A DNA stretch of 61,155 nt from positions 1-61,155 of the forward strand of contig NIVC01002160.1 in assembly GCA_002269645.1 (NCBI GenBank). Direction: 5' to 3'. Numbering within the stretch: the first letter of the stretch is position 1; the number at the start of each line of letters is the position of its first letter. Below are positions 1 to 11,397 of this stretch, one piece after another. The notes under the pieces are model-generated. The model worked only from the letters and a program-made list of their open reading frames with translations. It did not search any database and had not been told where the DNA came from. Position numbers and translations under genes: made by a program. The DNA comes from Macrostomum lignano (taxonomy: Eukaryota).

Positions 1-386
1 CAAATTGCTTAAAAAAATTGACTATTGTGAGTCTAAAATGAAATCTATGTTTTTTAAATATTGTAGCTCTTGGGTCATAGTTGAGGTGATTTTTCTTGAA
101 AGCTTAATAGAACTAACAACACTTTTTGGTTTTTGATTCTTTAAGATTTTTTTAAATTAAAAAGCATTTTAAAGATACCATTATATACTTATTTTTAATT
201 GCTTAGAATAGCTATAATTTTTTTGCAGAATTTAAGAATAATATTAAAAATATTTAATTGTTTAAATATTTAATTGATTGTTAATTTGTTGGTTGATTTG
301 ATTTATCCTAATCCTACTAAGATAAACAATTAGAATAAATAAAACAAGCCACATGCAATCTGAACTTTATCATTTTACATACATTC

Positions 387-1527
387 ACCCGTTGGAAAAA
401 GTTATGCACCTGCAGAGGCATAAAAGGTGAGCGAGGTGCACAAAAGAGGGGCCTATTTCGTGCATGTTTTGGAAATGCACCTGAGTGCACCTTTTATGCC
501 TAAATGTCACCAATATTTTTGAAAAGGGGCATAAAAGGTGTAAAATCGGTGAAGTGGTCAGGCAGTAGGTGAATTCTCAATTTTGATTGGTTGCAGCGGT
601 AGGGGCAGTAAAGGTGCGTAAGGGGCACTGTAGGTGCGCAAAAGGTGAACAGTAGGCTCACAAGTGAGGCACAGCAGGTGTAGGAAAGGTGTGAAGGGGC
701 GCAGAAAGTGCACAAAAGGTGAATCAGAGGTGTATAAGGTGTACATGTGCGGCGTAAATATGTATACAGGTTTATTTCCAAAACACGCTCGAAATATACC
801 CCTAAAGTGCTCTTCTGTGCACCTCGCTCACCTTTATGCTATGCACAAATTAACGCATTAAGAATTCGAAAAAAATTAACTGAGAGTTACATACTCATAC
901 ACTGCACGCACAGATTGAACATAGAAAAGTTTTATTTACACCTTTACTAATCGCTGCTATCCCCTTCCTGATCCTGACAAACCACGAAACTAAACATTTC
1001 CTATACTGATAAGTTTTAATAAATTTCAACTCAGGAAAAGTTCCAAAAAGTGATGAAAAGGTTTGCATTAGTGAGGAAAAATTTCGAATAGTGAGAAAAG
1101 GTAGCAAAGAACTTCGCCATTTGAAACTTTAATGCCCCTTGCATTGCCTCTACGCCTAAAGTGCCCACTGTGCACCTTTTATTCACCTTTCGTGCCTCCA
1201 GTGCACACTGTACACTTTTTATGCACCTCTACCGCAGCGCACCTTTTTTCACCTTTCACTCCACCAATGCCCCCAATTCCTACTTTGTTCACCTTTTGTG
1301 CCTCAATGCACACTGTGCACCTTTAATGCACCTAAATCCCCTACGACACCTGTGCCCCTACCGCCTAGTTCGTGCCTTAAATTCACCTTCTGACCTTGCA
1401 GAGGCACTCAGGTGAACAAAAGGTGCACAAGTGGCACAAAATAGGCATAAGAGAGGCGAAAGTCAGGCAGAAGGTGCAAAACTCTTCACCCTTCATGCCT
1501 ACTTTAAAAACTCAAAATCCAACAGGT
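387..1527. mobile_element. Foldback/MITE-like multi-arm inverted-repeat element (non-coding)
   Basis: Arm ~415-478 (gcataaaaggtgagcgaggtgcacaaaagag...ttttggaaat) is the reverse complement of ~774-840. Block ~500-760 is mirrored by ~1140-1400 (tgcccctaccgc...aattcacct). Outer ends acccgttgga (387-396) and tccaacaggt (1518-1527) match 9/10. No TSD resolved. Confidence 0.55.
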
Positions 1528-1559
1528 CAGTTACATATAAGTCAAGAAATTGAACTAGT

Positions 1560-2737
1560 TAGTGATGGATCGAAATTTGATTTTGATTTTGATATTCAGA
1601 ATTTCAAACCTTATTTTGCATTGAAATAATTTCGATTTTGATTTCAAATTTCAACACAATTCATCGAAAGTCATTTCAAAATTTTGGTTATATCAAGCAA
1701 GGCAGTTCATGTTAAGCTACATGCCATTGCTAAAGATTTGTAATAAAATACAATTAAATATTGTATTCTGCATGTTCTTTGTTTCAGGTAAATTTTGATT
1801 TCCATCCCTCACTTTGTTATACTGTCATTGCATACGATGCGTGTAATAATTTTCTCAATATTGATCACACACAGTAGGACTAGAGTGGATTGAAATTTGG
1901 AAAGCTAATTATGTATATGCATGCCAAGATTGCATTGCTCACAACAGATTCTAAGGCTGCTGTTAATTCTTCTCAGTCAAAATTTGTGGACATTGCAATG
2001 TGATATTCGCTTTGAAGATTTTCAAGTATATTTGCTCATTTGTATATGAGCTTTATAAAATGTGCTAAGTCTACAATGAACTGATTCTTATGCCAACTCC
2101 CTGCCTTGAAATATGTAAATATGAAGTCACCAATATGCTAGATTTTAAGGAAATGTGCTAACTTTTAGGCAATGTGCTATAGTTAAGCTACCTCTGCAAT
2201 GGGTTCATAGACGTTTATAGCTAGGGTACAGTTGTGTAAATTGGGCATTTACATCTATAAATTCAAAGTAAAACAAAGTGCAATTCAAAGACTTAGTAGG
2301 GAGGTGAGAATCACCTTTCTCCAAGAAAATATTGTGGGCACGCTCATTGTTTCAGGGCTTGTGTGCTACATTCACCTCACCTCAACCTCTATTGGAAGCC
2401 CATTGGCTGGACTCATCTGCGTAGATTTTAATTGGCTAAAGACTTTTGAGACCTTAATTTAAAACTATTATGCATTACAATATTGCTAGCCGCCTTTTCC
2501 ATTTCATAACTTTCCTGTCCTATAATTAACAAATTATGTATTTTAGTTAAAATGCAAAATATGGTGTATATAATACGTAAGATTGCATATTCAATGTGTT
2601 AAATTTTTTTCATTGTTAGCTAAACTCATCAAAATTTGTTTAACTCAAACATTTTGATTTTGGTTTTGATTTTGATTTCAAAGTACTGAAAATTTTTATT
2701 TTTATTTTGATATAAAAAATATTTCAATCTATCACTA
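1560..2737 (+). mobile_element. hAT-like non-autonomous DNA transposon (1178 bp)
   Basis: 17-bp TIRs TAGTGATGGATCGAAAT (1560-1576) and ATTTCAATCTATCACTA (2721-2737) match 15/17. The 8-bp flanks GAACTAGT (1552-1559) and GAACTAGC (2738-2745) form a 7/8 TSD; 8-bp TSDs are typical of hAT elements. Confidence 0.75.
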
Positions 2738-3235
2738 GAACTAGCATGAAATTTAAAACAATATTTATTCTATTTTTAAAATATTTTTAAATGAAAGCTA
2801 TTTTTATTACAAATGGAAAACTTATATTTAACTTAAGGAAATACTAAAACTTTTAATTAACAATATTTTTTTAAAATAGATTAAATTGGTGATTACTTTA
2901 GAAATATGATAGTTTAATCTTATAGTGAGATATGCTTTGGGATTGCAAAAATTAACATTTTTATGCCAAGTTGAATTTATACAAAAAATGGTAAATCCTT
3001 TTTTTGTTTTACTACATCAAATAAATCAAGGAAATGTGTCTTGATATAAATTACATAGGTGGAATGATTATATACCATAGTCAGGAAGGTGGCCTCTGAG
3101 GGAGAAAATTCCCACATATACAAAGGGTCTCGGCGCACATTGAAGACAATTTGGAGAAACTTACTAAGAGAATAGATTGGGGAACTATACAAAGGGAATT
3201 TAGAAAGAAGTGCTATGACCTCTTTTAGCACTGTA

Positions 3236-3340
3236 ATGGAGCTCAACTGTGAACACTTGTGTACCATGATTTACTATAATTTTAAGAGTGGCTTGACATT
3301 TCACCAATGCCATAAGCAGCTGTCTGCAGTGTCTGTCACC
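3236..3340 (+). pseudogene. Fragment of a mariner (Tc1/mariner) transposase N-terminal HTH region
   Basis: MELNCEHLCTMIYYNFKSGLTFHQCHKQLS resembles, from memory, the MELNREHFRAMIFYxFxxGLxxQxCxxxL start of mariner transposases. Similarity stops after ~35 codons; no DD34D domain or TIRs are seen. Confidence 0.5.
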
Positions 3341-5253
3341 TTTCCTAACCTAAAAACTTATCTAGTGCCCCTGCCCTTGTATAACACTTTTATTACATTT
3401 ACAAAATCTTTTTTTGAAATTGGCAACTGGTATATAGGGAAAATAACGTTGCCAGATTGGCCTTTGATGCCAAAAATCCAGTTGCCAATGAGATTTTCAA
3501 GGGGCCAAAAAACCCTGTATAGCCCAAAAAACCTAGATAGTAGGCCCTAACTAACTAAATATTAAGCCATTTTACTTATAACTCATGACAATAGAAAGCT
3601 ATACTCGGTTTGACAAAAAACAACAAGAATTGGACTTGGAATTTGAAAGAACAAGCAAGGAAAATAATTAGATTATTTTATCAACTTTAGCTCAAAAGTA
3701 GATTTTTTAATTATGTTTGCTTGTTTTTTCAAGGGGGGCTAGGCTATTTATGCAATATGGATATTATAAAATATCCTGACTGTCTAAATTGCATCTTATA
3801 ATTGGACCTTAGATGCGATATCGCATCTTCGCGCCCACGAAAAAACCCATTCTCTACCATCCCATAATGGCATAAATTTCAAAAACGTCTAACTATGCAG
3901 AGTAGAATTTCTAATTGTTCGATTTTTTTTGTGTTGCAGTTGCTTGGTATTGCTTGCACCCCCTAAAACTTTTTCTGTCTGCCGTCTTAATTCCATGGAT
4001 TCCTAAACTCAATTTATTACTTATTAGTCCTTATGACATTTTGTCATTATTCAATTCCAATACTTTATCTTTTTCGTTCGGTACGCGTTTCAACGAATGA
4101 GTAATTTATCAAAATTGAATGACTGCCAAACGTTAAACAAACTTTTTGTAATTTAAACTCTTGAGCAGAGAGAACTTAATGTATATTGTTTTTTTAAGTA
4201 AAAAAAATAGAGCAATAAAGCAAAAAAGAAATATTTTTTCCTGGCGCTATGATGATTAACGAAAGCTAATAAAATTTACTGCCCTTGTTTTTACATTTTA
4301 TATATATTATTTAAAGACAGACACTAAGTTTATTGCTAAGCGATCTGTTCTTACATTTTTTTGTATAAAATTACAGTCCCTTGCTACATGCACGTATACT
4401 GTAAATCTCTGTTCAGCAGGAGCAAAAATTTTTACTAACTACTTTTACTAAAGGTATAGTAGCAGTGAAAGCACGCAATTAAGATCCCCCACTAAAATAG
4501 TAAAGCAACGCCACGATAGATCCAACCCTAGCGCGATCACGTGTTTTTGGCTGTCTCTGGAAAAAGAAATTATATAGAATCTCATTTCTCCACGTACCAT
4601 TATATAGCATTCCATGATCTGAGCTCTGTATGGTGTGTGAAAATCGAGCATGACACCTCTTTCAGTCTCCAGCTGGCATAGCCTGCAGCATCGTCATCTT
4701 CATTAACGCTCTTCATCCCCAACGGGATCAATGGAGTCGGCGGTGAATGCCTTCAAGGCGCATTCGTGCATTGGGGATCGGACTGCTGGCTTTTTCGCGC
4801 TAAGAACAGCCTCAGGCAGCTGAGAATGTGTTTATCTCGTCGATGGGGATGGTACGTGCCCTTGAAATTTGCAGCATTGGCTCTGCAGCCCGCATTCGAA
4901 ATTCTTTCCAAAAATGGCCAACTCGCTCTCGAGAGGATGAAATTGCTCGAAAATAGCCAGTCACAATTATGCGACCCGCATCAGCTAAACGGAGGATGAA
5001 ATTTCCTGCTCCTTGATTGCATATGCGTTCCCCAGTAGGCTTCAATTCCTGATGAAGAAATTTGTTTACGAATAGCACGTTAAACAGCTTTTTTCTTAGT
5101 AAATGAGTATAAGGACTCTAACTTGCAAGTTACTGGTACATTGAATTAAATGGGCCCTAGAACATCAATAAACAGCCCTCTTTTATAATCATCATCAATA
5201 AGTTTTATTACCCAACCAATACATACCTTTCTTTCATTGTCGATAGACATGTA

Positions 5254-6410
5254 GGCTGGATTAGTAATCCATTCTATTCCTTCATCCATGATGTTGGCTA
5301 GATTAGCAATCCATTCTATTCCTTCATGCGTGATGTTGAATAGATTAGCAATCCATTCTATTCCTTCATCCGTGATGTTGAATAGATTAGCAATCCATTC
5401 TATTCCTTTATGCGTGATGTTGAATAGATTAGCAATCCATTCTATTCCTTCATCCGTGATGTTGAATAGATTAGCAATCCATTCTATTCCTTCATCCATG
5501 ATGTTGGCTAGATTAGCAATCCATTCTATTCCTTCATCCATGATGTTTGGCTAGATTAGCAATCCATTCTATTCCTTCATCCATGATGTTGAATAGATTA
5601 GCAATCCATTCTATTCCTTTATCCGTGATGTTGGCTAGATTAGCAATCCATTCTATTCCTTCATGCGTGATGTTGAATAGATTAGCAATCCATTCTATTC
5701 CTTCATCCGTGATGTTGAATAGATTAGCAATCCATTCTATTCCTTTATGCGTGATGTTGAATAGATTAGCAATCCATTCTATTCCTTCATCCATGATGTT
5801 GGCTAGATTAGCAATCCATTCTATTCCTTCATCCATGATGTTTGGCTAGATTAGCAATCCATTCTATTCCTTCATCCATGATGTTGAATAGATTAGCAAT
5901 CCATTCTATTCCTTCATGCGTGATGTTGAATAGATTAGCAATCCATTCTATTCCTTCATCCGTGATGTTAAATAGATTAGCAATCCATTCTATTCCTTTA
6001 TGCGTGATGTTGAATAGATTAGCAATCCATTCTATTCCTTCATCCGTGATGTTGAATAGATTAGCAATCCATTCTATTCCTTCATCCATGATGTTGGCTA
6101 GATTAGCAATCCATTCTATTCCTTCATCCATGATGTTTGGCTAGATTAGCAATCCATTCTATTCCTTCATCCATGATGTTGAATAGATTAGCAATCCATT
6201 CTATTCCTTTATCCGTGATGTTGGCTAGATTAGCAATCCATTCTATTCCTTTATCCGTGATGTTGGCTAGATTAGCAATCCATTCTATTCCTTTATCCGT
6301 GATGTTGGCTAGATTAGCAATCCATTCTATTCCTTTATCCGTGATGTTGGCTAGATTAGCAATCCATTCTATTTCTTTATCCGTGATGTTGGCTAGATTA
6401 GCAATCCATT
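5254..6410. repeat. 42-bp minisatellite array A (~27 copies)
   Basis: Unit atccattctattccttcatccgtgatgttgaatagattagca. 1-bp insertions recur at 5546, 5841 and 6136 (295-bp period). Confidence 0.97.
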
Positions 6411-7124
6411 GCAAGAAGTGCGCCATCCCCTCCACTCAGTCGCATATAATTTATGCCCAATGCACAGGAATAAAAAATCATGCACAAGTTGGAATTATAA
6501 AAACCCCAGGTGTGAATAATTGAGCAGTGCAGCCACTCACTGGCACTCGCGCAGCTTGACTTATAGCAAGGCCGTGGCATAGGGCTGCATGGCAACTAAT
6601 GTATTCACACTTCAGTCGCTGAGCTGGATTATTCCCTTCGCTCATCCTCCTCAGAATCTCGGCTCAGAAGCCAAACACGCGAGACGGGAACTTCTTTTCT
6701 GTTGTTCCCGAAAAAAACTTCTCCATCATGAAACCAGAGACAACGCAAAGAGTTCCCACGCCGCTAAGGCCCAGGCTGCCTGGGCTGCGGATCCCCTCAG
6801 AACCAAAGCGGATTGCCCGAGGCCCGCAGAAATAAAAGTAGAATTGAAAAATACTCAATAGGAAATTTTGCACTATTATTGAATTTTTCTTGTTTGAACC
6901 TCTTTCTGAAGAGTCTTTGACCATCGCCTTTAATTAAGAACCCGGCTCGGTGCGCACCCCCCCCCCCTGCAGGCTCGCTTTTGTCTGATCAAAAGAATCT
7001 TTTCTTTTCTGATAAAAACATTGCGGGTTCTGCTTTGTTGCCGTCGTCCAACACTGATGAACTATTGAGAATTTTGCTTTGAATTATGTTCTGAATGCCC
7101 AATATAATTCCTGATTAATTTTAG

Positions 7125-7364
7125 GATCCTTCCCGCCCCACCTGTCACCGAAAGCAGACCCTTCCCGCCCCATCTGTTACCGGAAGCAGATCCTTCCCGC
7201 CCCACTTGTCACCGGAAGCAGATCCTTCCCGCCCCACCTGTCACCGGAAGCAGATCCTTCCCGCCCCACTTGTCACCGGAAGCAGATCCTTCCCGCCCCA
7301 CTTGTCACCGGAAGCAGATCCTTCCCGCCCCACTTGTCACCGGAAGCAGATCCTTCCCTCCCAC
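7125..7364. repeat. 32-bp minisatellite (~7.5 copies)
   Basis: Unit gatccttcccgccccacttgtcaccggaagca. Confidence 0.95.
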
Positions 7365-8436
7365 TCGCATGCCCCTAAAATCCCTAAGCCATTAGCTTCA
7401 AAATCCTTGCAACTGGAAACCGGCCTCATGACGGGGGTAGCGGGGGACACAGGGGGGGAGGGCAACAAGGGGGCCGAAAGCGCCTCAACACTCCCTAAAA
7501 TACCTCGGGCCAAGCAGAGGTAATGAGGCACAAAAAGGCAAGAACGAAGCCAAAACAAGATAGAGTAGAAGCAGCCTCTCCTCCCCTTCTCAGGTGGGGA
7601 AATACGAGAAGCGAAAGACGCGCAAGGGACAGAGAGAGACGGGGGGAGATCGAGGCAGCTCAACCCCTTCGATTACGCAATCGGAAAACCGAGCGAGGAA
7701 CCAACTGTAGTAATCTGGGCTGCTTTTAGGGCCGTACCTGACCGTTCGAACCGCTGAGCAGAGCATTTTGCCTGAGAAGATTTCGGCCACTTACGGGGCG
7801 AGGCCGATGGGGCTGGAGGGAAATGTGATGCTTGAATTGCAACATTCTCCTTCGCTTTGGAATGCTCGCATGAGCAGCTGCAGGACAACTGGCAGTCCCT
7901 ATGCTGAACTCATCAAGGGGATTAAATGCTTTCTAAGGCACTCAAAATGTTTCAATTTTTTGTGATTGATGCTCAGAACAAATTGTTATCTTTTCAACTG
8001 ACAAAAAGAGTTGAATGCAAAAAATGCATTTAGCGAACTCAAACTTGCCTGTTGCTGAGCAGATTTTATTAGATTGCGCGGTCGCGTGAAGGCCACAATT
8101 TGCTGAGAAATGATCTCAGCTGCACAGCTCAACACAGATCTGAGTCGCTTGATAACGAAGAGTTTAGTTAAACTCTGCCAGCCTGCGGCAGTTGCGTGAC
8201 TTCCGAAAGCTTTGCATGACCGCGGAAATTTGGCCAATTACCTGGTGACTGGAGGAAATTTGGCCGATGCAGCTCGCAACACGCTTTGATTGGCATCGGC
8301 CATTGTTCTGAGAGTTGCCGACCGCTTATTGTTGTACAGCTTCTCACTTGAGCGCCAACGTGAGTATTTGGTCTGTCATTGAAACTTTTTATGCTCACGA
8401 ATGATAAAGCTAATGGCCAGTTGTTTCTAATCTTGT

Positions 8437-8765
8437 GCTGTAGCTAATGCCGTATCTGAATGGCTAATACTGTAACTAATGCTGTAGCTAATGCCGTATC
8501 TGAATGGCTAATACTGTAGCTAATGCTGTAGCTAATGCCGTATCTGAATGGCTAATACTGTAACTAATGCTGTAGCTAATGCCGTATCTGAATGGCTAAT
8601 ACTGTAGCTAATGCTGTAGCTAATGCCGTATCTGAATGGCTAATACTGTAACTAATGCTGTAGCTAATACCGTATCTGAATGGCTAATACTGTAACTAAT
8701 GCTGTAGCTAATGCCGTATCTGAATGGCTAATACTGTAACTAATGCTGTAGCTAATGCTGTAACT
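8437..8765. repeat. 44-bp minisatellite built mainly of 12-bp sub-units (~7 copies)
   Basis: Unit taatgctgtagc-taatgccgtatc-tgaatggc-taatactgtaac. Confidence 0.92.
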
Positions 8766-9220
8766 GATGTATACTGTAACTAATGTGGTAGCCAATGCCG
8801 TGTCTAACGTCATAGTTGTTGCCATAACTAATACAATGATGCCATGCCTAACGCCATCAATATTAGTGTAGCTAAATATTTAAAATTTTGCGGAGAGGCA
8901 CATTTCTATAAAACACCAGTTGAACATCTTGCTTTGAGTGTTGGAAATTCCACAATTTTACAGATGCGCAATATTTTTGTTTAACTGCTTTAAAAAAAGT
9001 TGCCCCCCAGAGGTGACGGCGTGGGGAGTTTTACTATGCTAAATTTTATTGCCACCATCACGGCCTGGAAGAGCGGGAGGCCATCGGCGATGATGAAGCT
9101 AGCATCATCCAGCTTCCCATCAGAGGAATTGCCAATACAGAAAGTCTCACGGATTCACCTCACTGACCGGACATCAGAGGGTCAGGTTTGCCCCCTGCTT
9201 TGCACTCCAGCGGGTGTTTA

Positions 9221-10158
9221 TCCTGCGATCCTGTCTGCTCCTGTGATCCTGTCTGCTCCTGTGATCCTGTCTGCTCCTGTGATCCTGTCTGCTCCTGCGA
9301 TCCTGTCTGCTCCTGTGATCCTGTCTGCTCCTGTGATCCTGTCTGCTCCTGTGATCCTGTCTGCTCCTGTGATCCTGTCTGCTCTTGTGATCCTGTCTGC
9401 TCCTGTGATCCTGTCTGCTCCTGTGATCCTGTCTGCTCCTGTGATCCTGTCTGCTCCTGCGATCCTGTCTGCTCCTGCGATCCTGTCTGCTCCTGTGATC
9501 CTGTCTGCTCCTGTGATCCTGTCTGCTCCTGCGATCCTGTCTGCTCCTGTGATCCTGTCTGCTCCTGTGATCCTGTCTGCTCTTGTGATCCTGTCTGCTC
9601 CTGTGATCCTGTCTGCTCCTGTGATCCTGTCTGCTCCTGCGATCCTGTCTGCTCCTGTGATCCTGTCTGCTCCTGCGATCCTGTCTGCTCCTGCGATCCT
9701 GTCTGCTCCTGTGATCCTGTCTGCTCCTGTGATCCTGTCTGCTCCTGCGATCCTGTCTGCTCCTGTGATCCTGTCTGCTCCTGTGATCCTGTCTGCTCCT
9801 GTGACCCTGTCTGCTCCTGTGATCCTGTCTGCTCCTGTGATCCTGTCTGCTCCTGTGATCCTGTCTGCTCCTGTGATCCTGTCTGCTCCTGTGATCCTGT
9901 CTGCTCCTGTGATCCTGTCTGCTCCTGTGATCCTGTCTGCTCCTGTGATCCTGTCTGCTCCTGTGATCCTGTCTGCTCCTGTGATCCTGTCTGCTCCTGT
10001 GATCCTGTCTGCTCCTGTGATCCTGTCTGCTCCTGTGATCCTGTCTGCTCCTGTGATCCTGTCTGCTCCTGTGATCCTGTCTGCTCCTGTGATCCTGTCT
10101 GCTCCTGTGATCCTGTCTGCTCCTGTGATCCTGTCTGCTCCTGTGATCCTGTCTGCTC
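9221..10158. repeat. 18-bp minisatellite (~52 copies)
   Basis: Unit gatcctgtctgctcctgt, with tgc/ctt/acc single-base variants. Confidence 0.97.
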
Positions 10159-10240
10159 TTCCACTGATTACCGCTTCTTGTCTTTTCACTCTTTTGACGG
10201 TCCTTTGTTGCGTGTTTGTTCTTTTTGTATGTGTGCTTTG

Positions 10241-10638
10241 GTCTGTGCCTGTACATTTGTGTCTCCCTGTCTCTCTGTTTGTGTCTGTGCCTGTACGTTT
10301 GTGTCTCCCTGTCTCTCTGTTTGTGTCTGTGCCTGTACCTTTGTGTCTCCCTGTCTCGCTGTTTGTGTCTGTGCCTGTACGTTTGTGTCTCCCTGTCTCT
10401 CTGTTTGTGTCTGTGCCTGTACGTTTGTGTCTCCCTGTCTCTCTGTTTGTGTCTGTGCCTGTACCTTTGTGTCTCCCTGTCTCGCTGTTTGTGTCTGTGC
10501 CTGTACGTTTGTGTCTCCCTGTCTCGCTGTTTGTGTCTGTGCCTGTACGTTTGTGTCTCCCTGTCTCTCTGTTTGTGTCTGTGCCTGTACCTTTGTGTCT
10601 CCCTGTCTCGCTGTTTGTGTCTGTGCCTGTACGTTTGT
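10241..10638. repeat. 42-bp GT/CT-rich minisatellite (~9 copies), unrelated to arrays A/B
   Basis: Unit gtctgtgcctgtacgtttgtgtctccctgtctctctgtttgt. Confidence 0.93.
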
Positions 10639-11397
10639 CTCTCAGTCTGAGTTTTTGTCTCTATGTTTTCATGTTTGTGTTCTGTGTCTTCGTATCTGCA
10701 TCTCTCTGTCTTCGTGCTTGTCTGTGCGTCTTTGTGTCTAATTCCACAATGTCTTTCTTGTGAGTCACTCGGCCTGGGTAGCGATGAAGCACTAAGAGGC
10801 CCAGATTCCCACCGAATAACACTCCCCCTATCACAATTTTGGTTTAAATATTCATAGCTGCATCTGATGCTGTCTCTCTAACCGTGGCTAAAAAATAAGA
10901 AATGCCTGAGTGAGTTTGAGCACCTCCGCCAGACACCACCGCTCAGCGCCACCTCCCGGCTGTGGGGGTGGCGGGTGAAAAAAAGCCGCCACCCTGCAGC
11001 ACCCGCTGGCCGCTTGCCCGCCTGCCCACAGTTGCCGCAATTCAGTGCCGGCGACTACCTAATTAATATTTAATTAGCTGCCGCCACCAAGCGGCGCAAA
11101 AGTTTTCTACAGCTTTTGTGGATGGGAAATTAGTTGGGGGACGCTGGGAAGCTTCATCATTTCTGGGAGATTATTAATGCAGGGCTGGCCCGGCAATGCA
11201 GCTCCGTAGCGTGTGAAACGCGGTTTTTCCAGGCAAGTGTTTTTATTATCTCTCAATTGGCCTATCAACTATTATTAATGGCCAGGTGCCGCTATTGTAT
11301 ACCCTAATTAGTGAGGCTGGATGCAATAAAATTTTAACACCACTGCAGCCAGGTCGGTTTGCGACTAATAGCGGGAATTTTCATGCTTTTCAATAAT

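Noticed and set aside
3420-3549. Inverted 11-mer (3420-3430/3478-3488) and a hAT-like ...taggcccta end
   Set aside because: No partner terminus or TSD in the window.
3645-3730. Imperfect hairpin gaaagaacaagcaa...ttgcttgttttttc
   Set aside because: Short and AT-rich with no context; could be chance or a small TE remnant.
9000-10763. Long ORFs (587, 517, 360, 334, 323 aa)
   Set aside because: They are translations of the 18-bp and 42-bp arrays, open in many frames on both strands, with no domain or splice context.
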